From NCBI GenBank assembly GCA_017527435.1, contig JAFXQB010000005.1, positions 165,322 through 229,321 on the forward strand: a stretch of DNA of 64,000 nucleotides. The letters are read 5' to 3'. A program made the translations under genes and the position numbers. The notes under the pieces are model-generated. The model was not told the origin of the DNA. It ran no database searches and saw only the letters and a list, made by a program, of their open reading frames with translations. Shown here in pieces: positions 1 through 9,871 of this stretch; position 1 is the first letter of the stretch, and each line of letters opens with the position of its first letter. This stretch comes from Salinivirgaceae bacterium (GTDB lineage Bacteria > Bacteroidota > Bacteroidia > Bacteroidales > SZUA-534).

Positions 1-2472
1 GAAAATCTTCTTGCCGTCGAAATTGAACACCGACAGCATATTGCCATCGACAAAGATGAGCTCGGGGCGGGCGTCGCCGCAGATGTCTTCGATGTCGAAG
101 AAATGTTGCGGCGAGAAATCGGCCACCTTGCGCTTGGTGACGGTGCCGTCGAAGTGCAGGAAGCAAAGCGTGCCGTCGGCCGAAGTGCGTACCAGCATCG
201 CTTCCGCCCCACCCGCGGGCTTCAGGTAAGAAACGCTGTTGTTCACCGACGGGTGGATTCGTTCCTTGAAATCGACGCGCATATTTCCGCGGCGGTCAAT
301 CAGATAGACGCGCGACGTGTCGGTTATCGAGATGTAGTCTTTGCCATTGTCGATGAAATGCTGCGCCGGCTCAATGGGCACTTGGTTGGCGCGCTGCAGC
401 GAGAAGTCGGGCAGCGTCTTGCCGTCGATTGAGTAAACATACACATCGGCGTTGTCGCACTCAACAAACAGGCGGTAGTTGCGGTTTTTGGCGTAATCGA
501 ACACGGCCACCGGCAGGCTTGTGGGGCTCGGCAGCGCTATCGGGTAACGCTCAACGTGGTTGCCGTTGCGGTCCACCAGATACATCTTCGAAGCGGTGTT
601 GAAGAACATCTGCAACTTGCCATTGTGGTAGTAATCAATCTGTTGCACACCGCCAATTATCGGCTCGTCAATCTGTTTTTTCCACATTATGCGGCCGGCG
701 GCGTTTATCAGGTAGATGTTGTTTCGAAGGTCCTGAATGAAGATTTCGCGCTCGCCGGTGTTGTGATTCTCAACCAGCACGGGCTTGAAGGCGGCCAGGG
801 TGTCGAGATGCGTTTCCCAAAGTGTTGACGCCGAGCTCGACTGCACCGGCTGATGGCGCAGGAAGGTGTTGTGATACAGAAATCCGTCTTCGGCCGAGAA
901 CTGCCAGGCCAGACCGTAGAAGTTGCCGTAAGCCGACTGATGGTTGTGGAAGCTGGTGATGTTGGCGCTCGACAGAATGCGACTCAGCAGCGACTCGGCA
1001 CCCGTGAGCGAGACAAAGGTGAAGAAGTTCGACTTGTTGGTTATGTAGTTGCTGAACTGGTCGTAATCGGGGTCGTATTGAAGCCTTTTGCGCAGCACAT
1101 TGTCATACACAAAGTGCGTCACCACGGCGTAGGTGTCGCCAAACACCAGCATATTGTCGATGGCGCACACATACTGCGCCTTGCACTGCCCCATCCACGG
1201 GCCGAACAAACGAGCGGGCGCCTGCTGCAGCGGCATCTCGTAAATGAAATATTTGGTGTCGTTATCGATTTTGAATTCCTGACGGCCGGGGCTGGCTGTC
1301 TTGCCGGCCACCAGCAGCTCGAGCATCTGCCGCGCTTCGTAGCCGCTTTTGCCTTCAACAATGCAGATTGTCGAGCCGTCGGGCATTGCCACCTGCATCA
1401 CACCGTGACCGAAATTGTCGGCCATCTGGTTGACAATCTGATTGCCGAACATCTGCCTGAGCGAGCCGATGTTGGTCTGATGGCGGGTGAGCTGTCCTAC
1501 GTTTTCCATATACGACTCGAGCGACCGCTGATATTTCTGGAAATTGCTGATTCCCAGCCACGTGAATCCGCTGATGCCCATCGGCACTTTTTTAACAAGG
1601 TCGCACTGCACAGCTTCCTGACCTTCAAACAGTTGCGACCACTGGTTTTTGACGGCGCTCTGCAGCGTGAAACCGTTCACCAGCCAGTTGTCGTTCTTTA
1701 TGCTGATGTCGAATCCGCCCCAGTCAGAGAACGTCTGAATGGCCATATCGCTAAACAGATTGTTAACGAACTGTTTCTGTATGAACGGATTAAGGAATTT
1801 AAACTGAAGATAGATGTTGGCATCGACATTTTTGCCGGCCCACTGCCTAACCTTCACAAACGACGGGGTCTGGTTGATTCCGTAGCCGCTAATGGTCTGG
1901 CGCACAGCGTCCTGCATAAGCATCTCGTTGGTCGATGCCATCAGGTAGCCTTGGAAAAAGGTGAAGTAAACCACCACTTTGTTGTTGGCGGTGCTTGTGA
2001 ATTTGGTGATTTTGGCCTGGTCGTACTTCTGCGTTGCCAGGCTGCCCGACGGGCCAAGCAGAGTCAGAATGGCGTCGAGTGCGCGTTTGCCCTGAAGGTT
2101 CGAACTGAAAGCCATCACTGCAAGTGGCTCATAATTAAGCATTGTGGTGTTATGGAACGAAACCACCACCGGCAGCCCCTTGAAGTTGTCGGCAAAAGTG
2201 GGGTTGGTGTTCAGCAGCGAGTCAATAGCAAGCAGATTGGCCGCAAACTCGGCACCCGAACCCACTTCGGCCACATCGGCAAAAACGCGGCTCGATTTCA
2301 TCTTCTTCATCACCGCCCGCGCGTCCTTCACTTCAATAATGGCCGCCGAATTAACCGGCACGGCGTCGATGGCCGACACAGCGCCGTTCTGCTGCTGCTT
2401 GAAGTAGAAATACGACACTGCCATTGCCGCCACAACAACCACTACCGCAACTATGAACAAACCTTTTTTCAT
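1..2472 (-). CDS. Hypothetical N-terminally membrane-anchored protein, 3' end cut by the window edge (at least 824 aa)
   Basis: Own minus-strand translation from ATG 2472-2470 reads MKKGLFIVAVVVVVAAMAVSYFYFKQQQNGAVSAIDAVPVNSAAIIEVKDARAVMKKMKSSRVF... Spot checks (e.g. DTKYFIYEMPLQQAPARLFG at 1260-1201) and the last codons (..KKIF at 12-1) are in this frame. The track lists no ORF in this frame between 1 and 2472, consistent with it staying open to position 1. It is probably absent from the ORF track because it has no in-window stop. The listed + ORF 853..2631 is its antisense shadow. It has one N-terminal hydrophobic helix, and the C-terminal third has repeated strand-like segments suggestive of a beta-propeller. 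Family not recognised. Confidence 0.6.
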   Translation of the reverse strand, partial: MKKGLFIVAVVVVVAAMAVSYFYFKQQQNGAVSAIDAVPVNSAAIIEVKDARAVMKKMKSSRVFADVAEVGSGAEFAANLLAIDSLLNTNPTFADNFKGLPVVVSFHNTTMLNYEPLAVMAFSSNLQGKRALDAILTLLGPSGSLATQKYDQAKITKFTSTANNKVVVYFTFFQGYLMASTNEMLMQDAVRQTISGYGINQTPSFVKVRQWAGKNVDANIYLQFKFLNPFIQKQFVNNLFSDMAIQTFSDWGGFDISIKNDNWLVNGFTLQSAVKNQWSQLFEGQEAVQCDLVKKVPMGISGFTWLGISNFQKYQRSLESYMENVGQLTRHQTNIGSLRQMFGNQIVNQMADNFGHGVMQVAMPDGSTICIVEGKSGYEARQMLELLVAGKTASPGRQEFKIDNDTKYFIYEMPLQQAPARLFGPWMGQCKAQYVCAIDNMLVFGDTYAVVTHFVYDNVLRKRLQYDPDYDQFSNYITNKSNFFTFVSLTGAESLLSRILSSANITSFHNHQSAYGNFYGLAWQFSAEDGFLYHNTFLRHQPVQSSSASTLWETHLDTLAAFKPVLVENHNTGEREIFIQDLRNNIYLINAAGRIMWKKQIDEPIIGGVQQIDYYHNGKLQMFFNTASKMYLVDRNGNHVERYPIALPSPTSLPVAVFDYAKNRNYRLFVECDNADVYVYSIDGKTLPDFSLQRANQVPIEPAQHFIDNGKDYISITDTSRVYLIDRRGNMRVDFKERIHPSVNNSVSYLKPAGGAEAMLVRTSADGTLCFLHFDGTVTKRKVADFSPQHFFDIEDICGDARPELIFVDGNMLSVFNFDGKKIF

Positions 2473-2514
2473 TTGAGCTTTCGTGATAGATGTTTGATTG
2501 TCAGATATATGCCG

Positions 2515-4878
2515 TTAGAAATAGAATTCATCTTCAATATCGTCGCTCTGGCTGCCGCTGCTCTGTTTCTCGTCGTAGTCGGGGCAGTCGAAAGTCTCGT
2601 TCCAGTCGGCTGGCTTCTCAAACACATCTGACTCGCTGTAAGGCAAAGCCGGGTCGTCGTAAACCTTGCGCATAAATCCGGCCCAGATAGGCAGAGCCAT
2701 ATTGGCGCCCTGTCCGTAGGTGATTGACTCGAAGTGAACGCTGCGGTCTTCGGCGCCGGTCCAGACACCGCCCACAAGGTTCGGCGTGACGCCCATAAAC
2801 CAGCCGTCGGACTGCTCGTTGGTGGTTCCAGTTTTGGCGGCAATCTGCGCTTTGAACTTCCACGGATAATCGTCGCGCCACAAGCGTGAGCCGGTGCCCT
2901 TGCGCACAACGCCCTGCAGCATTGTGAGCATCAAGTAGGCCGTGCGCTCGCTGATGGCTTCGTGCTTAACCGGCTGGAAATTGGCCAGCACGTTGCCGTT
3001 CTTATCTTCGATGCGTGTCACAAAAATCGGCTGGGTGTAAACGCCCTTGTTGGCGAAGCAGCAGTAGGCGCTCACCATCTCGCAAAGCGTCAGGTCGGCC
3101 ACGCCAAGGCAAATTGACGGCACACGCGGAATATCGCTCTTGATTCCCATATTATGAGCCAGCTGAATCACAGCCTTCGGTTTGAAACGGTTCATCAGCC
3201 AGGCTGATATGTTGTTGAGCGACTGCGCCAGACCGTATTGCAGTGAGAGCTCGCGGCCTTCGAGAAAACTGCTGCTGCCGGCTTTCGGTGTCCACACAAC
3301 GCCCGTCTCGGGGTCGGTGATGGTGACGGGCACGTTGAGCACGCGGTCGCAGGGCGTGAAGCCGTCCATCATTGCCAATGTGTAAAGGAACGGCTTGAAG
3401 GTCGAGCCCACCTGCCGCTGGGCTTTCGTCACGTGGTCGTATTGGAAATGGTGGTAGTCGATGCCGCCCACGTATGCCTTCACGTAGCCCGAGTGCGGGT
3501 CCATCGCCATAAAGCCCGACTGCAGGAAGTGCTTGTAGTAGCGCATCGAGTCCATCGGGGTCATAACGGTGTCAACATTGCCGTGCCAGCTGAAGACGTT
3601 CATCTCGGTCGGGGTGTTGAAGTTCTTCACAACATCGTCGTACGGCATTTTTCTAACCCTGTAGAGCACGCGGTAACGCTCTGACCATTTCATCGAGTTG
3701 GTCATAATGGTGTTCACCTGCTCGGGTGTGAGTTCGCTCGAGAACGGCGCGTTTTCCTTGTCTTTCTCAAGATAGTCGAACTGCTTTTGCAACGTGTTTT
3801 TCAGATGGTCGCGCACGGCGTTCTCGGCATAGTCCTGCATCTTTGAGTTGACGGTGGTGTAGATTTTCAGACCGTCTTTGTAGATGTCGTATGGCGAGCC
3901 GTCGGGTTTCAGGTTGCGGTTGCACCAGCCACGCAGCGGATTGGTGAACCACTCTATCGAATCTCTCTCATAATCAGACTTGTTTTTGTAATTCTTGCGC
4001 ACGGGCTTTTTGGTGTTCATCTCAATGCGCAGAAACTCGCGGAAATATGTCGCCAGACCTTCCTTGTGGTCAACCTTGTGATAGTCGAGCCCCAGTGGAA
4101 GCTGCTTGAGCGAGTCGTACTCGGCACGGGTGAGCTTATCGTTGTTCAGCATCTGATAGAGAACCACATTGCGGCGCTGCGCAGTCTGCTCGGGGCGGCG
4201 CAGCGGATTGTAGAGCGCCGGGTTCTTGGCCATTCCCACAAGCATTGCCGCCTGCTCAATGCGCAAGTCCTGCGGCGTGGTGTTGAAGTAGATTTTCGCC
4301 GCCGACTTCACGCCCACGGCCAGGTTCATAAAATCGAACTGGTTGAGATACATTGCGATAATCTCTTCTTTGGTGTAGCTGCGCTCAAGCTTGATGGCGA
4401 TAACCCACTCGCGGAACTTGCGGTTCACCATTTGCAGAGAGTTGGTGAAATTCTCGCGCGGGAAAAGCATCTTGGCCAGCTGCTGCGATATGGTGCTACC
4501 GCCGCCCGAACTCTTGTTGCCCGAAACAATGGTCTTGAAGAACACGCGCACCAGACCGGGGAAATCGACGCCCGAGTGCTTGTAGTAGCGCTGGTCTTCA
4601 GTAGAAACCAAGGCATCGACAAGGTACGGCGAGAGCTCGTTGTAGGTGCCGGTCGAGCGGTTCTCTTTGAAATAGGTGCCCAGAAGCACGCCGTCTTCCG
4701 AATACACTTCCGAAGCAAGGTTGCTTTTCGGATTCTCAAGTTCTTCAAACGAAGGCATAAAGCCGAGATTTCCGTTCCAAATGTTGTAGAACATCACAGC
4801 CGTGAGCACAACCGGAAACACCACTAACGACCAAATGATTATCTTCCATTGCAGCCGTTTCGAGATAGATATTGCCAT
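2515..4878 (-). CDS. mrcA: Class A penicillin-binding protein 1A (bifunctional glycosyltransferase/transpeptidase)
   Basis: 787-aa ORF with an ATG start and an N-terminal TM anchor. GT51 motifs EDQRYYKHSGVD and GGSTISQQLAK are present. Transpeptidase motifs present are STFKP (SxxK), SLN (SxN) and KTGTTNE (KTG). Confidence 0.92.
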   Translation of the reverse strand: MAISISKRLQWKIIIWSLVVFPVVLTAVMFYNIWNGNLGFMPSFEELENPKSNLASEVYSEDGVLLGTYFKENRSTGTYNELSPYLVDALVSTEDQRYYKHSGVDFPGLVRVFFKTIVSGNKSSGGGSTISQQLAKMLFPRENFTNSLQMVNRKFREWVIAIKLERSYTKEEIIAMYLNQFDFMNLAVGVKSAAKIYFNTTPQDLRIEQAAMLVGMAKNPALYNPLRRPEQTAQRRNVVLYQMLNNDKLTRAEYDSLKQLPLGLDYHKVDHKEGLATYFREFLRIEMNTKKPVRKNYKNKSDYERDSIEWFTNPLRGWCNRNLKPDGSPYDIYKDGLKIYTTVNSKMQDYAENAVRDHLKNTLQKQFDYLEKDKENAPFSSELTPEQVNTIMTNSMKWSERYRVLYRVRKMPYDDVVKNFNTPTEMNVFSWHGNVDTVMTPMDSMRYYKHFLQSGFMAMDPHSGYVKAYVGGIDYHHFQYDHVTKAQRQVGSTFKPFLYTLAMMDGFTPCDRVLNVPVTITDPETGVVWTPKAGSSSFLEGRELSLQYGLAQSLNNISAWLMNRFKPKAVIQLAHNMGIKSDIPRVPSICLGVADLTLCEMVSAYCCFANKGVYTQPIFVTRIEDKNGNVLANFQPVKHEAISERTAYLMLTMLQGVVRKGTGSRLWRDDYPWKFKAQIAAKTGTTNEQSDGWFMGVTPNLVGGVWTGAEDRSVHFESITYGQGANMALPIWAGFMRKVYDDPALPYSESDVFEKPADWNETFDCPDYDEKQSSGSQSDDIEDEFYF

Positions 4879-4981
4879 TGCAAAAATTTTATTTTAAGTG
4901 GCAAAGATAAAAAATGCCATCTTACAAAACGTGTGACAAGCGTCGTTTTTTCTTGATTTGTAAAATCAACCGTACAAAAAC

Positions 4982-5019
4982 AAAAAAACTCTTTGCAAAC
5001 CATCGTTCACAAAGAGTTT
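4982..5019 (-). terminator. Rho-independent terminator downstream of the tRNA pair
   Basis: Minus strand reads aaactctttg-tgaacgatggtt-tgcaaagagttt followed by a T-run (the plus strand shows aaaaaaa at 4982-4988). It lies just 3' of tRNA-Leu. Confidence 0.55.
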
Positions 5020-5027
5020 AGATCTTG

Positions 5028-5113
5028 TACCCGGAGCCGGTCTCGAACCGGCACGTCCATTACTGGACACAGGATTTTAAGTCCGGCGCGTCTACCAATT
5101 CCGCCATCTGGGC
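5028..5113 (-). tRNA. tRNA-Leu (anticodon UAA), type II with a long variable arm
   Basis: Minus strand: GCCCAGATGGCGGAATTGGTAGACGCGCCGGACTTAAAATCCTGTGTCCAGTAATGGACGTGCCGGTTCGAGACCGGCTCCGGGTA. The D-arm is identical to classic Leu tRNAs, the anticodon loop is CTTAAAA and the T-loop is GGTTCGAGACC. One mismatch each occurs in the acceptor and anticodon stems. No encoded CCA. Confidence 0.9.
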
Positions 5114-5139
5114 AACCTTATAGTAGAACAAAAAAAAAG

Positions 5140-5212
<73 letters not shown>

Positions 5213-5449
5213 GTTTGCGGTTGCAAATGTATGGCAAAATACGTTTCGTGCAACAGATGATGGTGATTTTTTTGATGTTTTTTCATTAACACCTGTCAAT
5301 CAAGACGTTGTAACCACGACAAACAGCTGTTTTTTCATCTAAACAGGTGGTAAAAAGCCGCTTTTGACGCAATTTGTCCAACAATCTTTTGCTTTAATAA
5401 TTTTCAAATATCAACTATTGTCTATATTTACACGATTTTTTGATTTATT

Positions 5450-6634
5450 ATGAATAACGACATAACACGGGGATTCCCCATTGAAAATATTGATTCGGAA
5501 ACAACTTGCTGCAAAATATCCTACTCGGGCAAACTCAATGTTTTCGATTGGTTGAACGATATTCCGGAAGGAATCGACAAGAATGAGATTTACGAAGTGC
5601 GGTTCAAGAACACGCGCAAAGGTTTCTACTACAACTCGAACAAGCTGCGATTAGTTCCGGGCGACATTGTGGCCGTTGAAGCGTCGCCAGGACACGACAT
5701 CGGCATTGTGTCGCTGAAAGGTCCGCTGGTTCTCTGCCAGCTGCGTAAGCACAACATCAACCCACAGGGCGAATTCAAAACCATCTACCGCAAGGTGAAA
5801 CCCGTCGACATTGAGAAATGGAAAGAAGCCATTGCACTCGAAACCGATACAATGATTGAATCACGCAAGATTGCCGCCGACCTGAAGCTGAATATGAAAA
5901 TAGGTGATGTTGAGTATCAGGGCGACAAGACCAAGGCCATCTTCTATTATATTGCCGATGACCGTGTCGATTTCCGGCAACTTATCAAAGTGCTGGCCGA
6001 CCGTTTCCATATCCGCGTTGAGATGCGCCAGATTGGTGCCCGCCAGGAAGCAGGGCGCATTGGCGGTATCGGGTCGTGCGGCCGCGAGCTGTGCTGCGCA
6101 ACCTGGATGAGCAATTTTGTGTCGGTTACCACCACCGCCGCTCGCTATCAGGAACTGTCGCCCAACCCACAAAAGCTGGCCGGACAGTGCTGCAAGCTGA
6201 AATGCTGCCTGAATTACGAAGTCGACTCATACATCGACGAGCGGAAGGACTTCCCGCCGTCAGAAGCCATAATGACCACCAACGGCAAAGCATACCACCA
6301 AAAAACCGATGTGTTCCGCCGTCTGATGTGGTATTCGGTGGGCGACGCCAACAGTCTTGACATGATTCCTGTTTCGGTTGAGAAGGTGAAGGAATACCTT
6401 GACATGAACAAGCGTGGAATAAAGGTTGAACTTGAAGCGCAAACGGCTTCTGACAACAGCAACGCACCCGAAGAAATTGATTTCACACAAGTGGTTGGAC
6501 AAGACAGCCTTACACGATTCGACTCGTCGCGTCGCAAGAAGAAAAAACATCGCAACAGACAAAACCGCGGCAACAACCAGCAGGATTCCAACCGTGGTGG
6601 CAACAACGCAGGCAACAATGAAACAAATGCTTAA
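5450..6634 (+). CDS. PSP1 domain protein (RicT/YaaT-like)
   Basis: 394 aa. The conserved PSP1 C-terminal Cys cluster GSCGRELCCATW...CCKLKCCLNYE is present. It has a basic/Asn-rich low-complexity tail. Its 3' end overlaps the next gene by 17 nt. Confidence 0.8.
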   Translation: MNNDITRGFPIENIDSETTCCKISYSGKLNVFDWLNDIPEGIDKNEIYEVRFKNTRKGFYYNSNKLRLVPGDIVAVEASPGHDIGIVSLKGPLVLCQLRKHNINPQGEFKTIYRKVKPVDIEKWKEAIALETDTMIESRKIAADLKLNMKIGDVEYQGDKTKAIFYYIADDRVDFRQLIKVLADRFHIRVEMRQIGARQEAGRIGGIGSCGRELCCATWMSNFVSVTTTAARYQELSPNPQKLAGQCCKLKCCLNYEVDSYIDERKDFPPSEAIMTTNGKAYHQKTDVFRRLMWYSVGDANSLDMIPVSVEKVKEYLDMNKRGIKVELEAQTASDNSNAPEEIDFTQVVGQDSLTRFDSSRRKKKKHRNRQNRGNNQQDSNRGGNNAGNNETNA

Positions 6635-7091
6635 GATATTAGCTGTTATTGCATTGATGGCAAGCGTTTTATCTTGTTCAAACCAGTCAACATTGTACGA
6701 GAACAATGTGGATATGCGTGATGAGCAGTGGAATCGCGACAGCGTGCTGATTTTCGAAGTTCCGGTCACCGACACCGCAACACCTTATAACATCTTGTTC
6801 TGCAACCGGATAACGGGGCAATACCCCTACAGCAACATGTACCTTTTCATAACCATCACAGCGCCCGATCGTTCGCATCAGACTGACACACTTGAATGTC
6901 TGCTTGCCGACAAGCGCGGAAAATGGCTCGGCAAGGGGTTTGGGAATGTTTGGTCAAACAGCATCGTCTATAAACGGAACGTTGTTTTCCCGCAAAGTGG
7001 CACCTATACCTTCTACATTGAGCAGGCCATGCGCATTGAGAATCTTGAGCATGTGCTCGATGCAGGACTTAAAATAGAGAAAGCCAAATAA
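6618..7091 (+). CDS. gldH: Gliding-motility/T9SS-associated lipoprotein GldH
   Basis: I chose ATG 6618 (MKQMLKILAVIALMASVLSCSNQ, lipobox LSC) rather than the track start 6426, which lies inside PSP1. The roughly 157-aa size, the lipoprotein signal, the body sequence as I recall the GldH family, and the position next to PSP1 fit the usual Bacteroidetes arrangement. Confidence 0.7.
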   Translation: MKQMLKILAVIALMASVLSCSNQSTLYENNVDMRDEQWNRDSVLIFEVPVTDTATPYNILFCNRITGQYPYSNMYLFITITAPDRSHQTDTLECLLADKRGKWLGKGFGNVWSNSIVYKRNVVFPQSGTYTFYIEQAMRIENLEHVLDAGLKIEKAK

Positions 7092-7108
7092 CTTAATATC
7101 AGCAAGCT

Positions 7109-7822
7109 GTGGGCAAAGGAAAATTAGCCAAATTCAGAGAAAACGAAACTTTCGCAAATGTCTTTCAGCCTGAAGTTTCCGATTTCACCAATTTCACACA
7201 CGAACTCAAGGGCACGTGGCACAGCAGTGTGTTCAAAAACAACAACCCGATTGTGCTTGAACTAGGCTGCGGCAAGGGGGAATATACCGTCGGCATGGCG
7301 CGTATGTTCCCTGATAAGAATTTCATCGGTGTTGACATCAAAGGCGCCCGCATTTGGACCGGCGCCAAGGCGTCGAACCTTGAGCAGATGAGCAATGTGG
7401 CCTTTTTGCGGACCCGCATCGAGATAATAAGAGCTTTCTTTGCGCCAGGCGAAGTGAGCGAAATATGGATAACCTTCCCCGACCCGCAAATGAAGAAACG
7501 GCGTGCCAAGAAACGCCTGACATCGAGTCTCTTCCTGACAATGTACCAGCAGTTGCTGACCGACAATGGTTTTGTCAATCTGAAAACCGACAGCCGTTTC
7601 CTTTATAAATATTCATGTGAAGTTGCGGCGCAAAACGGACTTGAGATTATCCGCCAGTCGGCCGACCTTTACAGTGAGCCGTGGATTGACGACGTGCTTG
7701 GCATCAAAACCTACTATGAGCAGCTGCACATCGACGATGGAAACACCATCCACTACCTAAAATTCAGACTTCCGGCCAGCAAGCCGTTGATTGAACCGGA
7801 TTTTGACGGGGAAATTGATTGA
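7109..7822 (+). CDS. trmB: tRNA (guanine46-N7)-methyltransferase
   Basis: 237 aa with a GTG start. SAM-binding motif VLELGCGKGEYTV is present. FIGVDIKGARI and ITFPDPQMKKRRAKKRL are typical of TrmB. Confidence 0.9.
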   Translation: MGKGKLAKFRENETFANVFQPEVSDFTNFTHELKGTWHSSVFKNNNPIVLELGCGKGEYTVGMARMFPDKNFIGVDIKGARIWTGAKASNLEQMSNVAFLRTRIEIIRAFFAPGEVSEIWITFPDPQMKKRRAKKRLTSSLFLTMYQQLLTDNGFVNLKTDSRFLYKYSCEVAAQNGLEIIRQSADLYSEPWIDDVLGIKTYYEQLHIDDGNTIHYLKFRLPASKPLIEPDFDGEID

Positions 7823-7845
7823 GAGTTTTTTACGACGCTCGCGTT

Positions 7846-8844
7846 TCAGGCCAGCTTCTTCACCACATCGTCAAGCAAAGCGTCCTTGTCCACAGGCACA
7901 ACGCCAACTTTCTCGCAGACCAGACCGCCGGCAATGTTGGCAATCTGAGCGGTTAGCACCGGCGGCAGACCAGCTGCCATACAGCAAGCAGCTACACTGA
8001 TAACCGTGTCGCCCGCACCCGAAACATCGGCAATGTCGCGCACTTCGGCAGGTGTGCGAGAGTAGCTCTCGCCGTCGGTGATGAAAACACCCAGCTCTGA
8101 CAGCGTGACCATCACATAGCCGGCGCCGAGCATTGTTTTCAGTTGCTGCGCGGCAGCGTTGAGAGCGCCGAAATCGCCTTTGGCAAGGCTGATTTTCAGT
8201 CCATCGCAAATTTCTTTGAAGTTAGGTTTGAAAAGCGTGACGCCGTTATAGTTGGTGAAATTGCGCTTCTTTGGGTCGACAAGTGTCGGAATGTTGTGCT
8301 TTTTTGCCTGTGCCACAACGTGCTCTATCACCGCGGGGGTGATGTTGCCCTTATCGTAATCTTCAAAAATCACGGCGTCGAACTTGTATTTGCCAAACAG
8401 TCTGTCGATATGACTGATGAATTGTTTTTCAATCTCTTCGGGCAGCGGTGCGGTCTGCTCGTCGTCGATGCGCAGAAGGTGTTGATTGCTGCTGATGACG
8501 CGTGTTTTGACGGTTGTCTTGCGTTGGTCAGATTTGATAATGCCGTCAGCTGTCATTCCGTTCTGCTCGAGCAGGCGGCAGAGTTGGTCGCCCTTCTCGT
8601 CGCTGCCAATGACGGCGCACATCACCGCGTTGGCGCCCATCGCCTTCACGTTCAGCCCCACATTGGCGGCACCGCCCAGGCGCTCTTCGTGGCTTTTGAT
8701 TGATATGATTGGCACCGGTGCTTCGGGCGAGATACGTTCCACCTTGCCCCACATGTAGGCGTCAATCATCACATCGCCCACAACCAGAATGCTGAACTGA
8801 TTGCAGCGGGCAAATGCGTCGGTAATCAATCGCGCCGTACTCAT
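7846..8844 (-). CDS. PfkB-family sugar kinase resembling RfaE/HldE domain I (D-glycero-beta-D-manno-heptose-7-phosphate kinase)
   Basis: 332 aa. ILVVGDVMIDAYMWGKVERISPEAPVPI...LGGAANV and the C-terminal DVSGAGDTV anion-hole motif match the HldE kinase domain. No adenylyltransferase domain is attached. Confidence 0.78.
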   Translation of the reverse strand: MSTARLITDAFARCNQFSILVVGDVMIDAYMWGKVERISPEAPVPIISIKSHEERLGGAANVGLNVKAMGANAVMCAVIGSDEKGDQLCRLLEQNGMTADGIIKSDQRKTTVKTRVISSNQHLLRIDDEQTAPLPEEIEKQFISHIDRLFGKYKFDAVIFEDYDKGNITPAVIEHVVAQAKKHNIPTLVDPKKRNFTNYNGVTLFKPNFKEICDGLKISLAKGDFGALNAAAQQLKTMLGAGYVMVTLSELGVFITDGESYSRTPAEVRDIADVSGAGDTVISVAACCMAAGLPPVLTAQIANIAGGLVCEKVGVVPVDKDALLDDVVKKLA

Positions 8845-8855
8845 AATGCGTTGAA

Positions 8856-9845
8856 TTAATAAACTTTGAAACCGATTATCTTACGCACTTCTTTAAGTGT
8901 GGCCGCCGCACTCTCTCGGGCCTTTTCGGCACCCTGACGGGCAATCTTGTCAAGCAGTTCGGTGTTGCCCGAATACTCTAGAATGCGCTCGCGGATTGGT
9001 GCCAGAGTCTTGACAATGTCTTCGGCCAGCTGCTTCTTCATGTCGCCGTAGCGCAGCGTGCAGTCGTTCCATTTCTCGTCGAAATATTTGTAAGTGTCAG
9101 GCGTGCTCGCTATTTCCATCAGCGTGAACAGGTTCTGAATCACTTCAGGTTTTGGGCTGTTAGGCGCTTGCGGACCGGCGTCGGTCACGGCGCGCATCAC
9201 TTTTTTGGTAATCGTCTTGGCATCTTCGTAAAGATAGATGCAGTTGCCTTCGCTCTTGCCCATCTTGCCGCTGCCGTCGAGTCCGGGAACCTTCACAGCG
9301 TGTTGGCTGAAGTAGAAATTCTGCGGCTCGGGGAAGAATTCAACTTTATAGATGTTGTTGAAACGGCGTGCGCACTTGCGGGCCATTTCCATATTCTGCT
9401 CTTGGTCTTTGCCCACGGGCACCTTCACAGCGCGGTGCTGCAGAATGTCGGCAGCCATCAGCGTCGGGTAGGTGAAGAGTCCGGCGTTCACGTTGTCGGG
9501 CTGCTTGCGTGCCTTCTCTTTGAAGGTGGTCACGCGGCCCAGCTCGCCAATGTAGGTGTTCATATTAAGATAGAGATATAGCTCGATGGTTTCAGGCACA
9601 TCGCTCTGAATGTATATTGTGGCTTTGTCGGGGTCTATTCCGCAGGCCAGATATTCGGCCAGGATGGTCCGGGCGCTTTTTTGTATGTTTTCGGGTGTAG
9701 GGTGCGTTGTGAGCGAGTGCCAGTCGGCAATGAAATAGAAGCATTTATACTCTTCCTGCATCTTCACAAAGCTCTTGACAGCCCCGTAGTAATTTCCCAA
9801 ATGAAGGTTTCCGGTGGGCCGGATTCCGCTTAAAACTATATCCAT
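8856..9845 (-). CDS. trpS: Tryptophan--tRNA ligase
   Basis: 329 aa. It has a class I HIGH-type motif (PTGNLHLGNY) and a KMSKS-type motif (KMGKS). Length and overall sequence are typical of bacterial TrpRS. Confidence 0.95.
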   Translation of the reverse strand: MDIVLSGIRPTGNLHLGNYYGAVKSFVKMQEEYKCFYFIADWHSLTTHPTPENIQKSARTILAEYLACGIDPDKATIYIQSDVPETIELYLYLNMNTYIGELGRVTTFKEKARKQPDNVNAGLFTYPTLMAADILQHRAVKVPVGKDQEQNMEMARKCARRFNNIYKVEFFPEPQNFYFSQHAVKVPGLDGSGKMGKSEGNCIYLYEDAKTITKKVMRAVTDAGPQAPNSPKPEVIQNLFTLMEIASTPDTYKYFDEKWNDCTLRYGDMKKQLAEDIVKTLAPIRERILEYSGNTELLDKIARQGAEKARESAAATLKEVRKIIGFKVY

Positions 9846-9871
9846 ATAATATTGTTTACCAATCTTTTGTG

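Noticed and set aside
853-2631. 592-aa + strand ORF
   Set aside because: It is the antisense shadow of the minus-strand gene 1..2472. Its translation is low-complexity (V/A/G/H/R-rich) with no motifs, whereas the opposite strand gives a coherent protein with a TM anchor.
6426-6617. Upstream extension of the gldH ORF given in the track
   Set aside because: It overlaps the PSP1 gene in another frame. The lipoprotein signal begins at Met 6618.
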